A DNA stretch of 64,000 nucleotides from Candidatus Caccoplasma sp. (GCA_045613905.1 JAZLBW010000045.1:9647-73646); one strand, 5' to 3'; counted from the first letter of the stretch, positions 31,845-41,976 are shown. A program made the numbers and translations. The notes: generated by a model not told the origin, from the sequence alone.

Positions 31845-32582
31845 GTGGCACAAGAGATTGATAGAGATTTTGACTTTATAGGCGGGGAGGTTCTTCATTT
31901 TAACAAACCTCTTCATTGGACTTCGTTCAAGCTTGTAAAGAAACTAAGAGGACATATACACCAACATTACGGAATTAAGAAATTCAAAGTGGGACATGCC
32001 GGCACTCTCGACCCTCTTGCCACAGGAGTGATGACTATTTGCACAGGCAAAGCCACCAAACTTATCGAAAGTTTGCAAGGCGAGGACAAAGAGTATATTA
32101 CAACTATTGCCTTGGGTGCAACCACCCCATCTTTTGACTTGGAGACGGAGGTTGATCAAACATTCCCAACCGAGCATATCACTCGAGAGAGAGTTGAAGA
32201 GGTATTGGCATCGTTTGTTGGAGATATTGAGCAAGTTCCCCCAATATTCTCGGCTGTTAAAATTGATGGAGAGAGAGCATACAAACTTGCGCGAAAGGGT
32301 GATGAGGTTGAACTTAAAGCTAAGCTCATAAGGATTGACGAAATTGAGCTTTTGGAGTTCTCTCAAACTGCCATAAGAATAAGAGTGGCTTGCGGAAAAG
32401 GTACATATATACGCTCTCTCGCAAGAGATATTGGCATGGCTTTGGATAGCGGAGGACACCTTACAGAATTGATAAGAACCCGTGTTGGAAAGGTGAAATT
32501 GGAAGATTGCTTCTCGGTTGAACAGATAGCCGATATTGTTTCAAAAGGAATAGCTCCAAAGGACAACAACATTAAGAAATAA
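31845..32582 (+). CDS. truB: tRNA pseudouridine(55) synthase
   Basis: GTG start. KVGHAGTLDPLATGV is the catalytic Asp motif, and GKGTYIRSLARD is also present. Confidence 0.9.
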   Translation: MAQEIDRDFDFIGGEVLHFNKPLHWTSFKLVKKLRGHIHQHYGIKKFKVGHAGTLDPLATGVMTICTGKATKLIESLQGEDKEYITTIALGATTPSFDLETEVDQTFPTEHITRERVEEVLASFVGDIEQVPPIFSAVKIDGERAYKLARKGDEVELKAKLIRIDEIELLEFSQTAIRIRVACGKGTYIRSLARDIGMALDSGGHLTELIRTRVGKVKLEDCFSVEQIADIVSKGIAPKDNNIKK

Positions 32583-32600
32583 TTATTAAACGATATAGAC

Positions 32601-33653
32601 ATGAAACTTTCAAAATTCAAATTCAAATTACCGGAAGAGTTAATAGCTCAATACCCTACCGAGCATCGTGACGAAGCTCGCATGTTGGTGCTTCACCGTA
32701 AAACCGGAGAGATTGAGCATCTTGTTTTTAAAGATATTATTAAATTCTTTGACGAGGGTGATTTGTTTGTTTTCAATGACACTCAAGTATTCCCAGCTCG
32801 TCTTTATGGAAACAAGGAGAAAACAGGCGCTCAAATTGAGGTATTCCTTCTTCGTGAGCTAAACAGAACTAACCGTCTTTGGGATGTTTTGGTTGACCCT
32901 GCTCGTAAAATAAGAATTGGTAACAAGTTGTATTTTGGAGAGGATGACTCGGTTGTTGCTGAGGTTATCGACAACACTACTTCTCGCGGAAGAACTTTGC
33001 GCTTCTTGTACGACGGAGAGCATGAGGAGTTCAAAAGCTCGCTTCTTGCTCTTGGAGAAACTCCACTACCCGATTACATCAAACGTAAACCCGAACCGGA
33101 AGATGTTGATAGATACCAAACCATATTTGCCAAAAACGAGGGTGCAGTAGTTGCTCCTGCAGCAGGACTACACTTCAGCCGCGAGATGATGAAAAGATTG
33201 GAAATTCGCGGTATAGATACAGCATTTTTAACTCTTCACATTGGATTGGGAAGCTTCAAAGATATTGATGTTGAGGATTTGACCAAACACAAAATGGACT
33301 CTGAGTCAATGATCATCACTGACGAGTTTGCAAAAACCGTCAATGCCGTGAAAGATGCTGAGCATAAAGTTTGTGTTGTTGGTACTTCAACCATGCGTGC
33401 CATTGAAACAGCAGTTTGCACAGGAACTCATATCAACGAGTTTGAGGGATGGACAAATAAATTCATCTTCCCTCCTTACGATTTCTCAATCGCAAATGCC
33501 ATGTTGACCAACTTCCACCTACCTCTTTCTACAATGCTTATGATGACTGCATCGTTTGGAGGTTACGAGCAAACAATGGAGGCATACAAAGAGGCTGTTA
33601 AAGAGGAGTACCGATTTGGTGCTTACGGAGACGCAATGTTGATTATTGACTAA
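32601..33653 (+). CDS. queA: S-adenosylmethionine:tRNA ribosyltransferase-isomerase
   Basis: 350 aa: [19 protein letters not shown]..., [22 protein letters not shown]. Confidence 0.95.
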   Translation: MKLSKFKFKLPEELIAQYPTEHRDEARMLVLHRKTGEIEHLVFKDIIKFFDEGDLFVFNDTQVFPARLYGNKEKTGAQIEVFLLRELNRTNRLWDVLVDPARKIRIGNKLYFGEDDSVVAEVIDNTTSRGRTLRFLYDGEHEEFKSSLLALGETPLPDYIKRKPEPEDVDRYQTIFAKNEGAVVAPAAGLHFSREMMKRLEIRGIDTAFLTLHIGLGSFKDIDVEDLTKHKMDSESMIITDEFAKTVNAVKDAEHKVCVVGTSTMRAIETAVCTGTHINEFEGWTNKFIFPPYDFSIANAMLTNFHLPLSTMLMMTASFGGYEQTMEAYKEAVKEEYRFGAYGDAMLIID

Positions 33654-33691
33654 AAATCAACAAATTTAGAAGCAGTATAGATTCTTAAAAT

Positions 33692-34177
33692 ATGAGTGTA
33701 GTTTATCTGTCGTTAGGCTCAAACATGGGCAATAGAGAGGGTGTATTGGCTCTCTCAATAGAGGAGATAGGTAAACGCATTGGCACAGTTACAAAAGTTT
33801 CAAGTAAATACGAAACCGAGCCTTGGGGTTTTATCTCTACCAATAAGTTTATAAACATGGCAATAGAGGTTGATACCAAGCTATCGCCCCGAGAGGTGTC
33901 GGAACGAGTCCACAAGATTGAGGATGATTTAGGAAGAACCCGAAGTAACAACGCCACAGGTTATGAGGACAGAGTTATAGACATTGACATTCTGATGATT
34001 GACAATATAATCTCGGATGAGAGCGATTTGACTCTTCCTCATCCTAAAATGCATCTAAGGGAATTTGTTATATTTCCCTTGAGCGAAATTGCACCCAATA
34101 TTATTCATCCAATATTGGGGTGTTCAATTGAAGATATAAAAACAAACATGACAAACAATCCTTATGAAAGAGTTTAA
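33692..34177 (+). CDS. folK: 2-amino-4-hydroxy-6-hydroxymethyldihydropteridine diphosphokinase (HPPK)
   Basis: 161 aa with YLSLGSNMGNR, ETEPWG, RVIDIDIL and LPHPKMHLREFV. Confidence 0.85.
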   Translation: MSVVYLSLGSNMGNREGVLALSIEEIGKRIGTVTKVSSKYETEPWGFISTNKFINMAIEVDTKLSPREVSERVHKIEDDLGRTRSNNATGYEDRVIDIDILMIDNIISDESDLTLPHPKMHLREFVIFPLSEIAPNIIHPILGCSIEDIKTNMTNNPYERV

Positions 34178-34862
34178 ACCATATCAAAGACTTCTCCTAT
34201 TTATTAAAAAACATGCTCCCGAAAAATTTTGGAAGAGTTTAGGCAGAGCAAGAACCAATGGCTTTGTAGGACTTATTCTGTTCTTTGCGATATTCGGGTT
34301 GGTTCGTATCATGTGGTGGGGCGGAAGTGACAACTTTGCCATATACACCGGTTGGGACGGAGTTTATGACCCCGAACCAATAATGGAGTTTGTTGATTTC
34401 TCGGAATATAACCAATGGATATCTCTTCGCACCGCCGACGGAGTTGAGTTTTTCAACAAATATGTCTTTATGCAAAATATTGACAGAAACAATGAGTCTG
34501 TTGTAATTCGTAGCGACGAAGGTAAATATTTAGGGGGTGTGAGAATATTCCCCACATGCGCAGGCAACAGGGAGATGATGATTATTTTGTTGCTTATGCT
34601 CCTTATTCCAGGTCCTACAAAACCAAAACTTTGGTATATTCCTTCGGCTCTGATACTCTTTTACATTATAAACTGTTTCAGGCTGGCATTGGTGAACATC
34701 TCAACCATGGCAGAAAACAAAGAGGTGTTTACGGCGGCACACGACTATTCGGGAATGGCAATGAGTGTATTCGTATTCTTTATCTGGCTTTTCTGGGAAA
34801 GAAAATATGCTGAGAAATATCGTCTTGAGAGTTGGAAAAAGGTAGATAAACTTGAACAATAG
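34164..34862 (+). CDS. Small exosortase/archaeosortase-like membrane protein (tentative)
   Basis: 232 aa with about 4 TM helices. Three blocks occur in the order and membrane context expected for exosortase-family transpeptidases: Cys-x-Gly at the start of a helix (PTCAGNRE), N-x-x-R in the next helix (INCFRLAL), then AAHDYSG. Overlaps folK by 14 nt. Confidence 0.45.
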   Translation: MKEFKPYQRLLLFIKKHAPEKFWKSLGRARTNGFVGLILFFAIFGLVRIMWWGGSDNFAIYTGWDGVYDPEPIMEFVDFSEYNQWISLRTADGVEFFNKYVFMQNIDRNNESVVIRSDEGKYLGGVRIFPTCAGNREMMIILLLMLLIPGPTKPKLWYIPSALILFYIINCFRLALVNISTMAENKEVFTAAHDYSGMAMSVFVFFIWLFWERKYAEKYRLESWKKVDKLEQ

Positions 34863-34875
34863 TTGTTCTCTAAAA

Positions 34876-34903
34876 CTAACTAACAACTAAAAACTAACAA
34901 CTA
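34876..34903. repeat. 2 x CTAACAACTA at a 14-bp period, abutting the aroK start codon
   Basis: ctaacaacta at 34880..34889 and 34894..34903. AGTTGTT at 34861 is its inverted partner. Confidence 0.75.
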
Positions 34904-35434
34904 ATGACAATATACCTGATAGGTTACATGTGTTCGGGGAAAACCACGCTCGGAACTCTGCTGAAAGAGATTGCCAACGTAACTTTTACCGACCTTGACC
35001 AATATATTGAGGAGAGTGAGGGGAAAACAATAAACGAAATTTTTGCCCAAAAAGGAGAGGATGAGTTTCGGAATATGGAGCGCGCGGCATTAAAAGAGGT
35101 TACCGAAACGATTGGTGGAGTTATTGCTACAGGTGGTGGAACTCCCTGTTTCTTTGACAATATGGAGTATATGAAAGAGAACGGAAATGTTGTATATCTA
35201 AATTGCAGCCGAAAAGAGCTATTCGACCGTTTAAAGATATATAAAGCCTCTCGCCCACTGTTAAAGGACAAAAACGACGACGAGATAAAAGAGTTTATCG
35301 AAAACTCCTTACCAAAACGCGAGCCCTTCTACAACAACGCATCAATTATAATAGATGCCGACCCTTTGTCAACCGAAGAGGGTGCTGTTGCAACAGCAAA
35401 AAAAGTTCTTGAAATAGTTTCAGAGGATAAATGA
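34904..35434 (+). CDS. aroK: Shikimate kinase
   Basis: 176 aa with the Walker A motif GYMCSGKTTLG and ATGGG. Confidence 0.85.
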   Translation: MTIYLIGYMCSGKTTLGTLLKEIANVTFTDLDQYIEESEGKTINEIFAQKGEDEFRNMERAALKEVTETIGGVIATGGGTPCFFDNMEYMKENGNVVYLNCSRKELFDRLKIYKASRPLLKDKNDDEIKEFIENSLPKREPFYNNASIIIDADPLSTEEGAVATAKKVLEIVSEDK

Positions 35435-35467
35435 AATTATCTAATTGCAATTAAAAACAAATAAAAA

Positions 35468-35494
35468 ATGGCGGAGAGTTCTTTCCGCCATTTT
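35468..35494 (+). terminator. Rho-independent terminator
   Basis: atggcggagag / ctttccgccat stem followed by TTTT. Confidence 0.6.
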
Positions 35495-35686
35495 AGTATC
35501 AAAATATCATTAAAACTATGATCTTTTTTAACAGATTCTTTCTTATAAGAGTTGGTTATTATTCTATTTTTTTATTACTTTGCAACTTTGACAAAACAAT
35601 TTTGATTAAATTTAATATTGAATCATTTCGCATAGCAATAATTAACGATTCATGCGATTTCATTATGGAATAAAAAACTGAATATT

Positions 35687-37531
35687 ATGTCAGAACTAAC
35701 AAAAGTAAAATCAGTGGATAAGGTGGTTGTCCGTTTCTCGGGAGACTCGGGAGATGGTATGCAACTTGCCGGTAATATCTTCTCGAATATTTCTGCCGCA
35801 ATAGGTAATGAAATATCAACATTCCCTGACTATCCTGCCGAAATTCGTGCTCCACAAGGAACATTGGGCGGTGTTTCGGGATTTCAAGTTCATATAGGAA
35901 ACGGGGTTTATACTCCCGGTGATAAAGCCGATGTTTTGGTAGCCATGAACCCTGCCGCCCTTAAAACAAACTTTAAGTTTGTGAAAAGCGACGGTGTGGT
36001 TATCTACGACACAGACTCTTTTGCTAAGAGCGACTTGGATAAAGCTGCATTCACAACCGACGACCCATTTGCTGAAATTGGCGCTCCCGCAACCATTCAA
36101 ATAGTTCCGGTTGCCATTTCATCGATGGTTGCCGCTGCTCTTGCCGACAGCGGTATGGACAACAAATCAATTATGAGATGCAAAAACATGTTTGCTCTCG
36201 GTTTGATTTGCTGGTTGTTCGACCGTCCAATCGACCAAGCACAAAAACTTCTTACCAACAAATTCGGTAAAAAACCAACCATTCTTGAGGCCAACCTTAA
36301 GGTTATGGCCGCAGGATACGACTATGGTAACAACATACACGCTACGGTATCTACTTACCGTATTGAAAGCAAAGCTCAAAAACCAGGTATCTACACAGAC
36401 ATAAACGGTAACAGAGCTACTGCCTTGGGATTGATTATGGCTTCTGAGAAATCGGGATTGCCCCTATTCTTGGGTAGCTACCCCATTACTCCTGCCACCG
36501 ATATTTTACACGAACTTGCAAAACGTAAAGATTTGGGCGTTAAAGTGGTTCAAGCCGAAGATGAGATTGCAGGTGTTTGTACTGCTATCGGTGCCTCTTT
36601 TGCAGGCAATTTGGCTGCAACTTCTACATCGGGACCAGGTCTGGCTCTAAAGAGCGAGGCTATTGGCTTGGCTGTCATGGCAGAAATTCCTTTGGTGGTA
36701 ATCGACGTTCAACGCGGTGGTCCTTCAACAGGTTTGCCAACAAAAACAGAGCAAACAGACCTTCTTCAAGCTCTATACGGACGTAACGGAGAGTCACCTG
36801 CTGTTGTTGTAGCCGCTGCTACTCCAACCGATTGCTTTGACATGGCTTTCAATGCTGCAAAAATTGCAGTTGAACATATGACTCCTGTTATTTTGCTTAC
36901 CGATGCGTTTATTGCTAACGGTTCGTCGGCATGGCGCATACCCGAGGATAACGACTACCCCGAAATTAAACCCAACTTCGTTAAACCCGAGATGTTGGAA
37001 GAGGGATGGAAACCTTACAAACGTGATGCCGAAACTTTGGTTCGCTATTGGGCTATCCCCGGAACTGAAGGATTTATGCACCGCTTGGGTGGTTTGGAGA
37101 AAGATGCTACAACAAGCGCAATCTCAACCGACCCTGTTAACCACCAAAAAATGGTTGATATCCGTAAAAACAAAATCGAATATATTGCAAACTGTGTAGA
37201 ACCTCTTAAAGTTGAAGGCGACGAGAGCGCAGATACTTTGGTGATTGGCTGGGGTGGTACTTACGGACACCTTGTTTCGGCTGTTGAAGAGATGAACGCA
37301 ATGGGCAAGAAAACTGCTCTTGCACACTTCCGCTACATCAACCCATTGCCTGCCAACACAGAGGAGGTTATCAAACGATACAAAAATGTTGTCGTTTGCG
37401 AGTTGAATAACGGTCAATTTGCAACTCACCTTGTTTCTAAAATAGAGGGATTGCAAGTTAAGAAATTTAATAAAGTACAAGGTCAACCATTTATGGTTAG
37501 CGAACTTGTTGATTTTCTTAAAAGTTTATAG
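35687..37531 (+). CDS. korA: 2-oxoacid (2-oxoglutarate):ferredoxin oxidoreductase, fused gamma/alpha subunit
   Basis: 614 aa. N-terminal gamma-like domain (FSGDSGDGMQLAG), then an alpha-subunit domain (GSYPITPATDIL, VIDVQRGGPSTGLPTK). Confidence 0.85.
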   Translation: MSELTKVKSVDKVVVRFSGDSGDGMQLAGNIFSNISAAIGNEISTFPDYPAEIRAPQGTLGGVSGFQVHIGNGVYTPGDKADVLVAMNPAALKTNFKFVKSDGVVIYDTDSFAKSDLDKAAFTTDDPFAEIGAPATIQIVPVAISSMVAAALADSGMDNKSIMRCKNMFALGLICWLFDRPIDQAQKLLTNKFGKKPTILEANLKVMAAGYDYGNNIHATVSTYRIESKAQKPGIYTDINGNRATALGLIMASEKSGLPLFLGSYPITPATDILHELAKRKDLGVKVVQAEDEIAGVCTAIGASFAGNLAATSTSGPGLALKSEAIGLAVMAEIPLVVIDVQRGGPSTGLPTKTEQTDLLQALYGRNGESPAVVVAAATPTDCFDMAFNAAKIAVEHMTPVILLTDAFIANGSSAWRIPEDNDYPEIKPNFVKPEMLEEGWKPYKRDAETLVRYWAIPGTEGFMHRLGGLEKDATTSAISTDPVNHQKMVDIRKNKIEYIANCVEPLKVEGDESADTLVIGWGGTYGHLVSAVEEMNAMGKKTALAHFRYINPLPANTEEVIKRYKNVVVCELNNGQFATHLVSKIEGLQVKKFNKVQGQPFMVSELVDFLKSL

Positions 37532-37543
37532 GAGGATATAACT

Positions 37544-38548
37544 ATGGAATATACAGCAAAAGATTTTAAGAGCGACCAATATGTGCGTTGGTGTCCCGGT
37601 TGTGGAGACCATGCTGTGGTAAACACTCTACAAAAAGCAATGGCAGAGGTAGGTATTCCTCCTCATAAAGTTGCAGTTATTTCGGGTATCGGATGTTCAT
37701 CTCGTCTACCCTACTATATGGGAACATATGGTTTCCACACTATTCACGGACGTTCGGGAGCTATTGCAACAGGTGTAAAGACTGCTAACCCCGACTTGAC
37801 CGTATGGCAAGTTTCGGGCGACGGTGACTGTCTTGCAATTGGAGGTAACCACTTTATCCACGAGATACGTCGTAACGTAAATCTAAACATTCTTCTTTTG
37901 AATAATAAGATTTACGGCTTAACAAAGGGACAATACTCTCCAACAAGCGACAGGGGTGCTGTAACAAAATCTTCACCTTATGGTACTGTTGAAGATCCAT
38001 TCATCCCCGCAGAGCTTACTTTTGGTGCAAGAGGTAACTTCTTTGCTCGTACAATTGATGTTGACCTTGTTACTTCAAAAGAGGTTATGGTTGCCGCTGC
38101 AAAACACAAAGGTGCATCGGTGGTTGAGGTTTTGCAAAACTGCGTAATCTTCAACGACCAAATACATAAATATGTTGCCGATAAAGAGTTCAGAGCTGAA
38201 CGTACAATCCACCTTAAACATGGCGAGAAGATGTTGTTCGGTAAAGATATGGATAAAGGTCTTGTTCTTGACGGTCTAAATCTTAAAGTGGTTAAAATTG
38301 GTGAGAACGGCGTTACATTGGACGATATTTTGGTTCACGATGCCACTACACAAGACAGCTTCCTTCACCTACGTCTTGCAATGATGGACGGTCACGACCT
38401 TCCTCTTGCCGTGGGTGTTATCCGCTCGGCTGAGGCTCTTTGCTATGACGAAGAGGTTAAACGCCAAATGGAAGAGGTGAGAAACAAAAAACCAGGCAAA
38501 ACTCTTCGCGACCTTCTATTGAGCGAGGAGACTTGGGAGGTGAAATAA
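37544..38548 (+). CDS. korB: 2-oxoacid:ferredoxin oxidoreductase beta subunit (TPP-binding)
   Basis: 334 aa with WCPGCGDH and GDGDCLAIGGNH, the TPP-binding motif. Confidence 0.9.
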   Translation: MEYTAKDFKSDQYVRWCPGCGDHAVVNTLQKAMAEVGIPPHKVAVISGIGCSSRLPYYMGTYGFHTIHGRSGAIATGVKTANPDLTVWQVSGDGDCLAIGGNHFIHEIRRNVNLNILLLNNKIYGLTKGQYSPTSDRGAVTKSSPYGTVEDPFIPAELTFGARGNFFARTIDVDLVTSKEVMVAAAKHKGASVVEVLQNCVIFNDQIHKYVADKEFRAERTIHLKHGEKMLFGKDMDKGLVLDGLNLKVVKIGENGVTLDDILVHDATTQDSFLHLRLAMMDGHDLPLAVGVIRSAEALCYDEEVKRQMEEVRNKKPGKTLRDLLLSEETWEVK

Positions 38549-38578
38549 GGGATAATCCCCAATAAATATTTTTTACAG

Positions 38579-38619
38579 GAGACAGGCGCTGTATAAAAAC
38601 AGCTCCTGTCTCTTTTTTT
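38579..38619 (+). terminator. Rho-independent terminator of korAB
   Basis: gagacagg-c-gctg / cagc-t-cctgtctc stem (12 bp, one mismatch) followed by T7. Confidence 0.8.
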
Positions 38620-38647
38620 GGGAAATTATCTCATAACATGGAAAAAG

Positions 38648-38893
38648 GTCGAATATACTCCCGCTCGCTGTAAAATATTCAAGTAAACTTGATATTTTGC
38701 TCGCTTATTATCTGATATTTGACGCAAGCGTCGAATATACTCCCGCTCGCTGTAAAATATTCAAGTAAACTTGATATTTTGCTCGCTTATTTTTTGTTAT
38801 TTGACGTAAACGTCGAATATACTCCCGCTCGCTGTAAAATATTCAAGTAAACTTGATATTTTGCTCGCTTATTCGTATATTTGCAATAAATAG
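38648..38893. repeat. 82-bp tandem repeat, 3 units: an identical 62-nt core plus a variable 20-nt linker
   Basis: The cores at 38648..38709, 38730..38791 and 38812..38873 are 62/62 identical: gtcgaatatactcccgctcgctgtaaaatattcaagtaaacttgatattttgctcgcttatt. The first two linkers differ at 5/20 positions and the third is degenerate. Each core contains the hairpin AAAATATTCAAG-TAAA-CTTGATATTTT. Each linker/core junction forms TTTGACG-N4-CGTCGAA. Confidence 0.95.
38876..38883 (+). promoter_or_regulatory. Candidate -7 box TATATTTG at the end of the repeat array
   Basis: Matches TAnnTTTG, 79 nt upstream of the ATG at 38962. The nearest upstream TTTG is only 12 nt away, so the -33 element is unclear. 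Confidence 0.3.
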
Positions 38894-38961
38894 GGGATGG
38901 TATGCATTATACTGTATTTTACCTATAATCTAAAATAGAATTTCTTTACGGTTTTAGATAG

Positions 38962-41949
38962 ATGAACACAGAGGAAGAGAAAAATAAAGGTCAGAGCCTC
39001 AGCGCCTTTTATATGAAAGACACGTCATTTGCAAACCTCATGCAAAAACGCGTGTTTAACGTTTTGCTTATAGCAAGCCGATACGATGCTTTTATTCTGG
39101 AAGAGGATGGTCGTATTGAAGAGCATATATTTTTGGAGTATATGTCGCTGAACTTGAGTTCGCCTCCACGCGTAACCGAAGCTTACACCTTTGAGCAAGC
39201 TGAAAAAGAGTTGCAAGAGAAGAGCTACGACCTTATAATTGTCATGCCCGCCATGCAGGATGCCGATGTATTCAACAACATAAACCGCATAAAAGCAAAA
39301 TACAAGAGTATTCCTCTTGTCTTGCTTACTCCTTTCTCTCACGAAGTATCGCGTAGATTGGCTAAAGAGGATTTAAGTGCAGTTGACTACACTTTCAGTT
39401 GGTTAGGTAATGCCGACCTTTTGCTTGCAATCGTTAAATTGATGGAGGACAACATGAACCTTGAAGAGGACGTTGCATCTGTGGGTGTACAGGTTATTAT
39501 TGTTGTGGAAGATTCTATTCGCTTCTACTCTTCTATGTTGCCCATTCTCTATAAGGTTGTTCTTAAACAATCACAAATATTCTCGACCGAGGCTCTTAAC
39601 CGACACGAACAGATGTTGCGTATGCGCGGCCGTCCAAAAATTGTTTTGGCTCGTACATACGAAGAGGCTGTTGAGATGTATGACAAATACCGCAGCAATG
39701 TGTTGGGTGTGGTTACCGATGTTTCGTTTACCCGTAAGGGTAAAAAAGATAGTAAAGCAGGTTTGAAATTCTGCGAATATCTTCGAAAGGATAATGAGGA
39801 TTTGCCAATCATCATTGACTCATCGGATATTGAGAATAGTGCGGAAGCTTCGAAATATAATGCCGCATTTTTGTTCAAAAATTCAAAGACTCTGCCTATC
39901 GACTTGAAGTATGCCGTTTTACGCAACTTCGGATATGGCGATTTTGAGTTTATAAATCCTTCTACCGGAGAGGTTATTGCCACGGTTAAAGACCTCAAAG
40001 AGTTGCAAGATATAATTTTTGAGATTCCCAACGAGTCGGTTTTGTTTCACGCAAGTCGCAACCATATTTCAAGTTGGCTCTACTCGCGTGCAATGTTCCC
40101 CCTTGCCGAACTTTTAAGACAAAAGCCTGTTCGCTCATGTGATAATGGCGACGAAATTAAGAATATTATTTTCGAGGCTATCGTAGAGTACCGAAAGATG
40201 AAAAACAGCGGTGTTGTTGCAATTTTTGAACGCACTCGCTTTGATAAATATTCAAATTTTGCCCGAATAGGACAAGGTTCGTTGGGTGGTAAAGGTAGAG
40301 GTTTGGCATTTGTTGACGCCATCATAAAACGGCACCCCGAACTTGCCAATTGCAACGGAGTTAAAGTTGCCGTACCTAAAACTGTTGTTTTGAGTACCGA
40401 TATCTTTGATGAGTTTATGGAGGAGAATGTTCTCTACTCTGTGGCAATGAGCGATATTCCTGACGAGGAGATTCTAAACAACTTCCTCAGGGCTAAACTT
40501 CCCGAACGTCTCGACAACGACTTTTTGGCTCTGTTTGACGTTATAAAAGGACCTATAGCCATTCGCTCGTCAAGTTTGTTGGAGGACTCGCACTATCAAC
40601 CTTTTGCAGGTATATATTCTACATATATGATTCCATACATTGAGGATAAGATGATTATGCTTAACCTCTTGAAGGATGCGATAAAAGGAGTGTACGCTTC
40701 GGTTTACTACTCCGACAGTAAAGCCTATATGGAAGCAACATCAAACATTATTGACCAAGAGAAGATGGCCATTATATTGCAAGAGGTTGTTGGCAATATG
40801 TACGACAAGCGTTTCTACCCCTCGTTCTCGGGAGTTGGACGTTCGTTGAACTACTATCCCATAAACAACGAAAAACCCGAAGACGGAGTATGTGATATTG
40901 CCGTTGGATTGGGTAAATATATTGTTGACGGAGGAAGAAGTTTGCGTTTCTCGCCCAAACATCCAAACTCTATATTGCAGACAAGCACAATGGAGATGGC
41001 ATTAAGCGACACTCAAACTCGCTTCTATGCTCTCGACATGGAGAATGTAAGCCAAAATTTCTCAATAGACGACAGTTTCAATATAAAGAAGCTCTCTATT
41101 GCCGACGCAGATGAGGATAAGTCGCTATATGGCATGGTCTCTACTTTTGATCACATTGACCAAGTAATACGTGACGGTTATTATGAAGAGGGTCGCAAAG
41201 TTGTCACCTTTGCCAATATACTTAAGCATGAAATGTTCCCTCTTGCCAAAATTTTAGACATGATGCTGAATTATGGCAAAGATGAGATGGGACGCCCTGT
41301 CGAGATTGAGTTTGCGGGTAACCTTAAGGGTGGCAAAAACAATATGGGTGAGGTTTATTGGCTACAGATACGTCCGATTGTGGATATGAAAGAGATGCGC
41401 GAGGATGAGATTGAAAATGTCCGAGATGAAGATATTTTGATTAAGAGTTCGTCGGCATTAGGTCATGGCATACACGAAGGAGTTAAGGATGTTGTTTACG
41501 TTAAAGACGGGGTCTTCGGATATTTTGCCAACTCCTTTATTGCTCGCGAAATTGAAAAGATTAATAAACAATATTTGGCAGAGAAAAAGAACTATGTTCT
41601 TATTGGCCCCGGACGTTGGGGTTCGAGCGACACAGCACTCGGTATTCCCATAAAATGGCCACACATATCTGCCGCCAAAGTTATAGTTGAGACTGCCATC
41701 AAAGATTTTTGGATTGAACCGAGTCAAGGTACTCACTTCTTCCAAAACCTTACTTCGTTCGGAGTCGGGTACTTTACCATCGACCCAACAAGTTGCAGCA
41801 GTTCGTATGATAAGGAGTTCCTCGATAACCTCCCTGCAAAACACGAAAGCCAATACATAAGAGTTGTTGAGCTTCCAAGTCAGATGGTTATTAAAATAAA
41901 CGGTAAAAAGAATGTGGGAATTGTAATTAAGCCACAAACAGAAGAGTAA
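38962..41949 (+). CDS. Receiver-domain (REC-like x2) protein fused to a PEP/pyruvate-binding (PPDK N-terminal, ATP-grasp) domain
   Basis: 995 aa. The N-terminal ~330 aa has two CheY-like alpha/beta units (VLLIASRYD...LIIVMP...; VIIVVEDS...VVTDVS...PIIIDSS). The central region has GGKGRGLAF and IRSSSLLEDSHYQPFAGIYSTY, the PPDK_N signature. I did not see a GGxTSHAAI-type phosphohistidine swivel motif. Confidence 0.7.
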   Translation: MNTEEEKNKGQSLSAFYMKDTSFANLMQKRVFNVLLIASRYDAFILEEDGRIEEHIFLEYMSLNLSSPPRVTEAYTFEQAEKELQEKSYDLIIVMPAMQDADVFNNINRIKAKYKSIPLVLLTPFSHEVSRRLAKEDLSAVDYTFSWLGNADLLLAIVKLMEDNMNLEEDVASVGVQVIIVVEDSIRFYSSMLPILYKVVLKQSQIFSTEALNRHEQMLRMRGRPKIVLARTYEEAVEMYDKYRSNVLGVVTDVSFTRKGKKDSKAGLKFCEYLRKDNEDLPIIIDSSDIENSAEASKYNAAFLFKNSKTLPIDLKYAVLRNFGYGDFEFINPSTGEVIATVKDLKELQDIIFEIPNESVLFHASRNHISSWLYSRAMFPLAELLRQKPVRSCDNGDEIKNIIFEAIVEYRKMKNSGVVAIFERTRFDKYSNFARIGQGSLGGKGRGLAFVDAIIKRHPELANCNGVKVAVPKTVVLSTDIFDEFMEENVLYSVAMSDIPDEEILNNFLRAKLPERLDNDFLALFDVIKGPIAIRSSSLLEDSHYQPFAGIYSTYMIPYIEDKMIMLNLLKDAIKGVYASVYYSDSKAYMEATSNIIDQEKMAIILQEVVGNMYDKRFYPSFSGVGRSLNYYPINNEKPEDGVCDIAVGLGKYIVDGGRSLRFSPKHPNSILQTSTMEMALSDTQTRFYALDMENVSQNFSIDDSFNIKKLSIADADEDKSLYGMVSTFDHIDQVIRDGYYEEGRKVVTFANILKHEMFPLAKILDMMLNYGKDEMGRPVEIEFAGNLKGGKNNMGEVYWLQIRPIVDMKEMREDEIENVRDEDILIKSSSALGHGIHEGVKDVVYVKDGVFGYFANSFIAREIEKINKQYLAEKKNYVLIGPGRWGSSDTALGIPIKWPHISAAKVIVETAIKDFWIEPSQGTHFFQNLTSFGVGYFTIDPTSCSSSYDKEFLDNLPAKHESQYIRVVELPSQMVIKINGKKNVGIVIKPQTEE

Positions 41950-41976
41950 TATAGTAACAGATAATTAAATAGTAGA

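Noticed and set aside
38639-38674. Mini-ORF MEKGRIYSRSL starting just before the first repeat unit
   Set aside because: It is only 11 codons, is not repeated in frame in the other units, and has no supporting signal.
38648-38893. Possible CRISPR array (identical repeats separated by variable short segments)
   Set aside because: The geometry is wrong: 62-nt repeats with 20-nt spacers. The 'spacers' are clearly homologous to each other (15/20 identical). There are only three units and no cas genes in the window. It is a tandem duplication with a constrained core, not a CRISPR.
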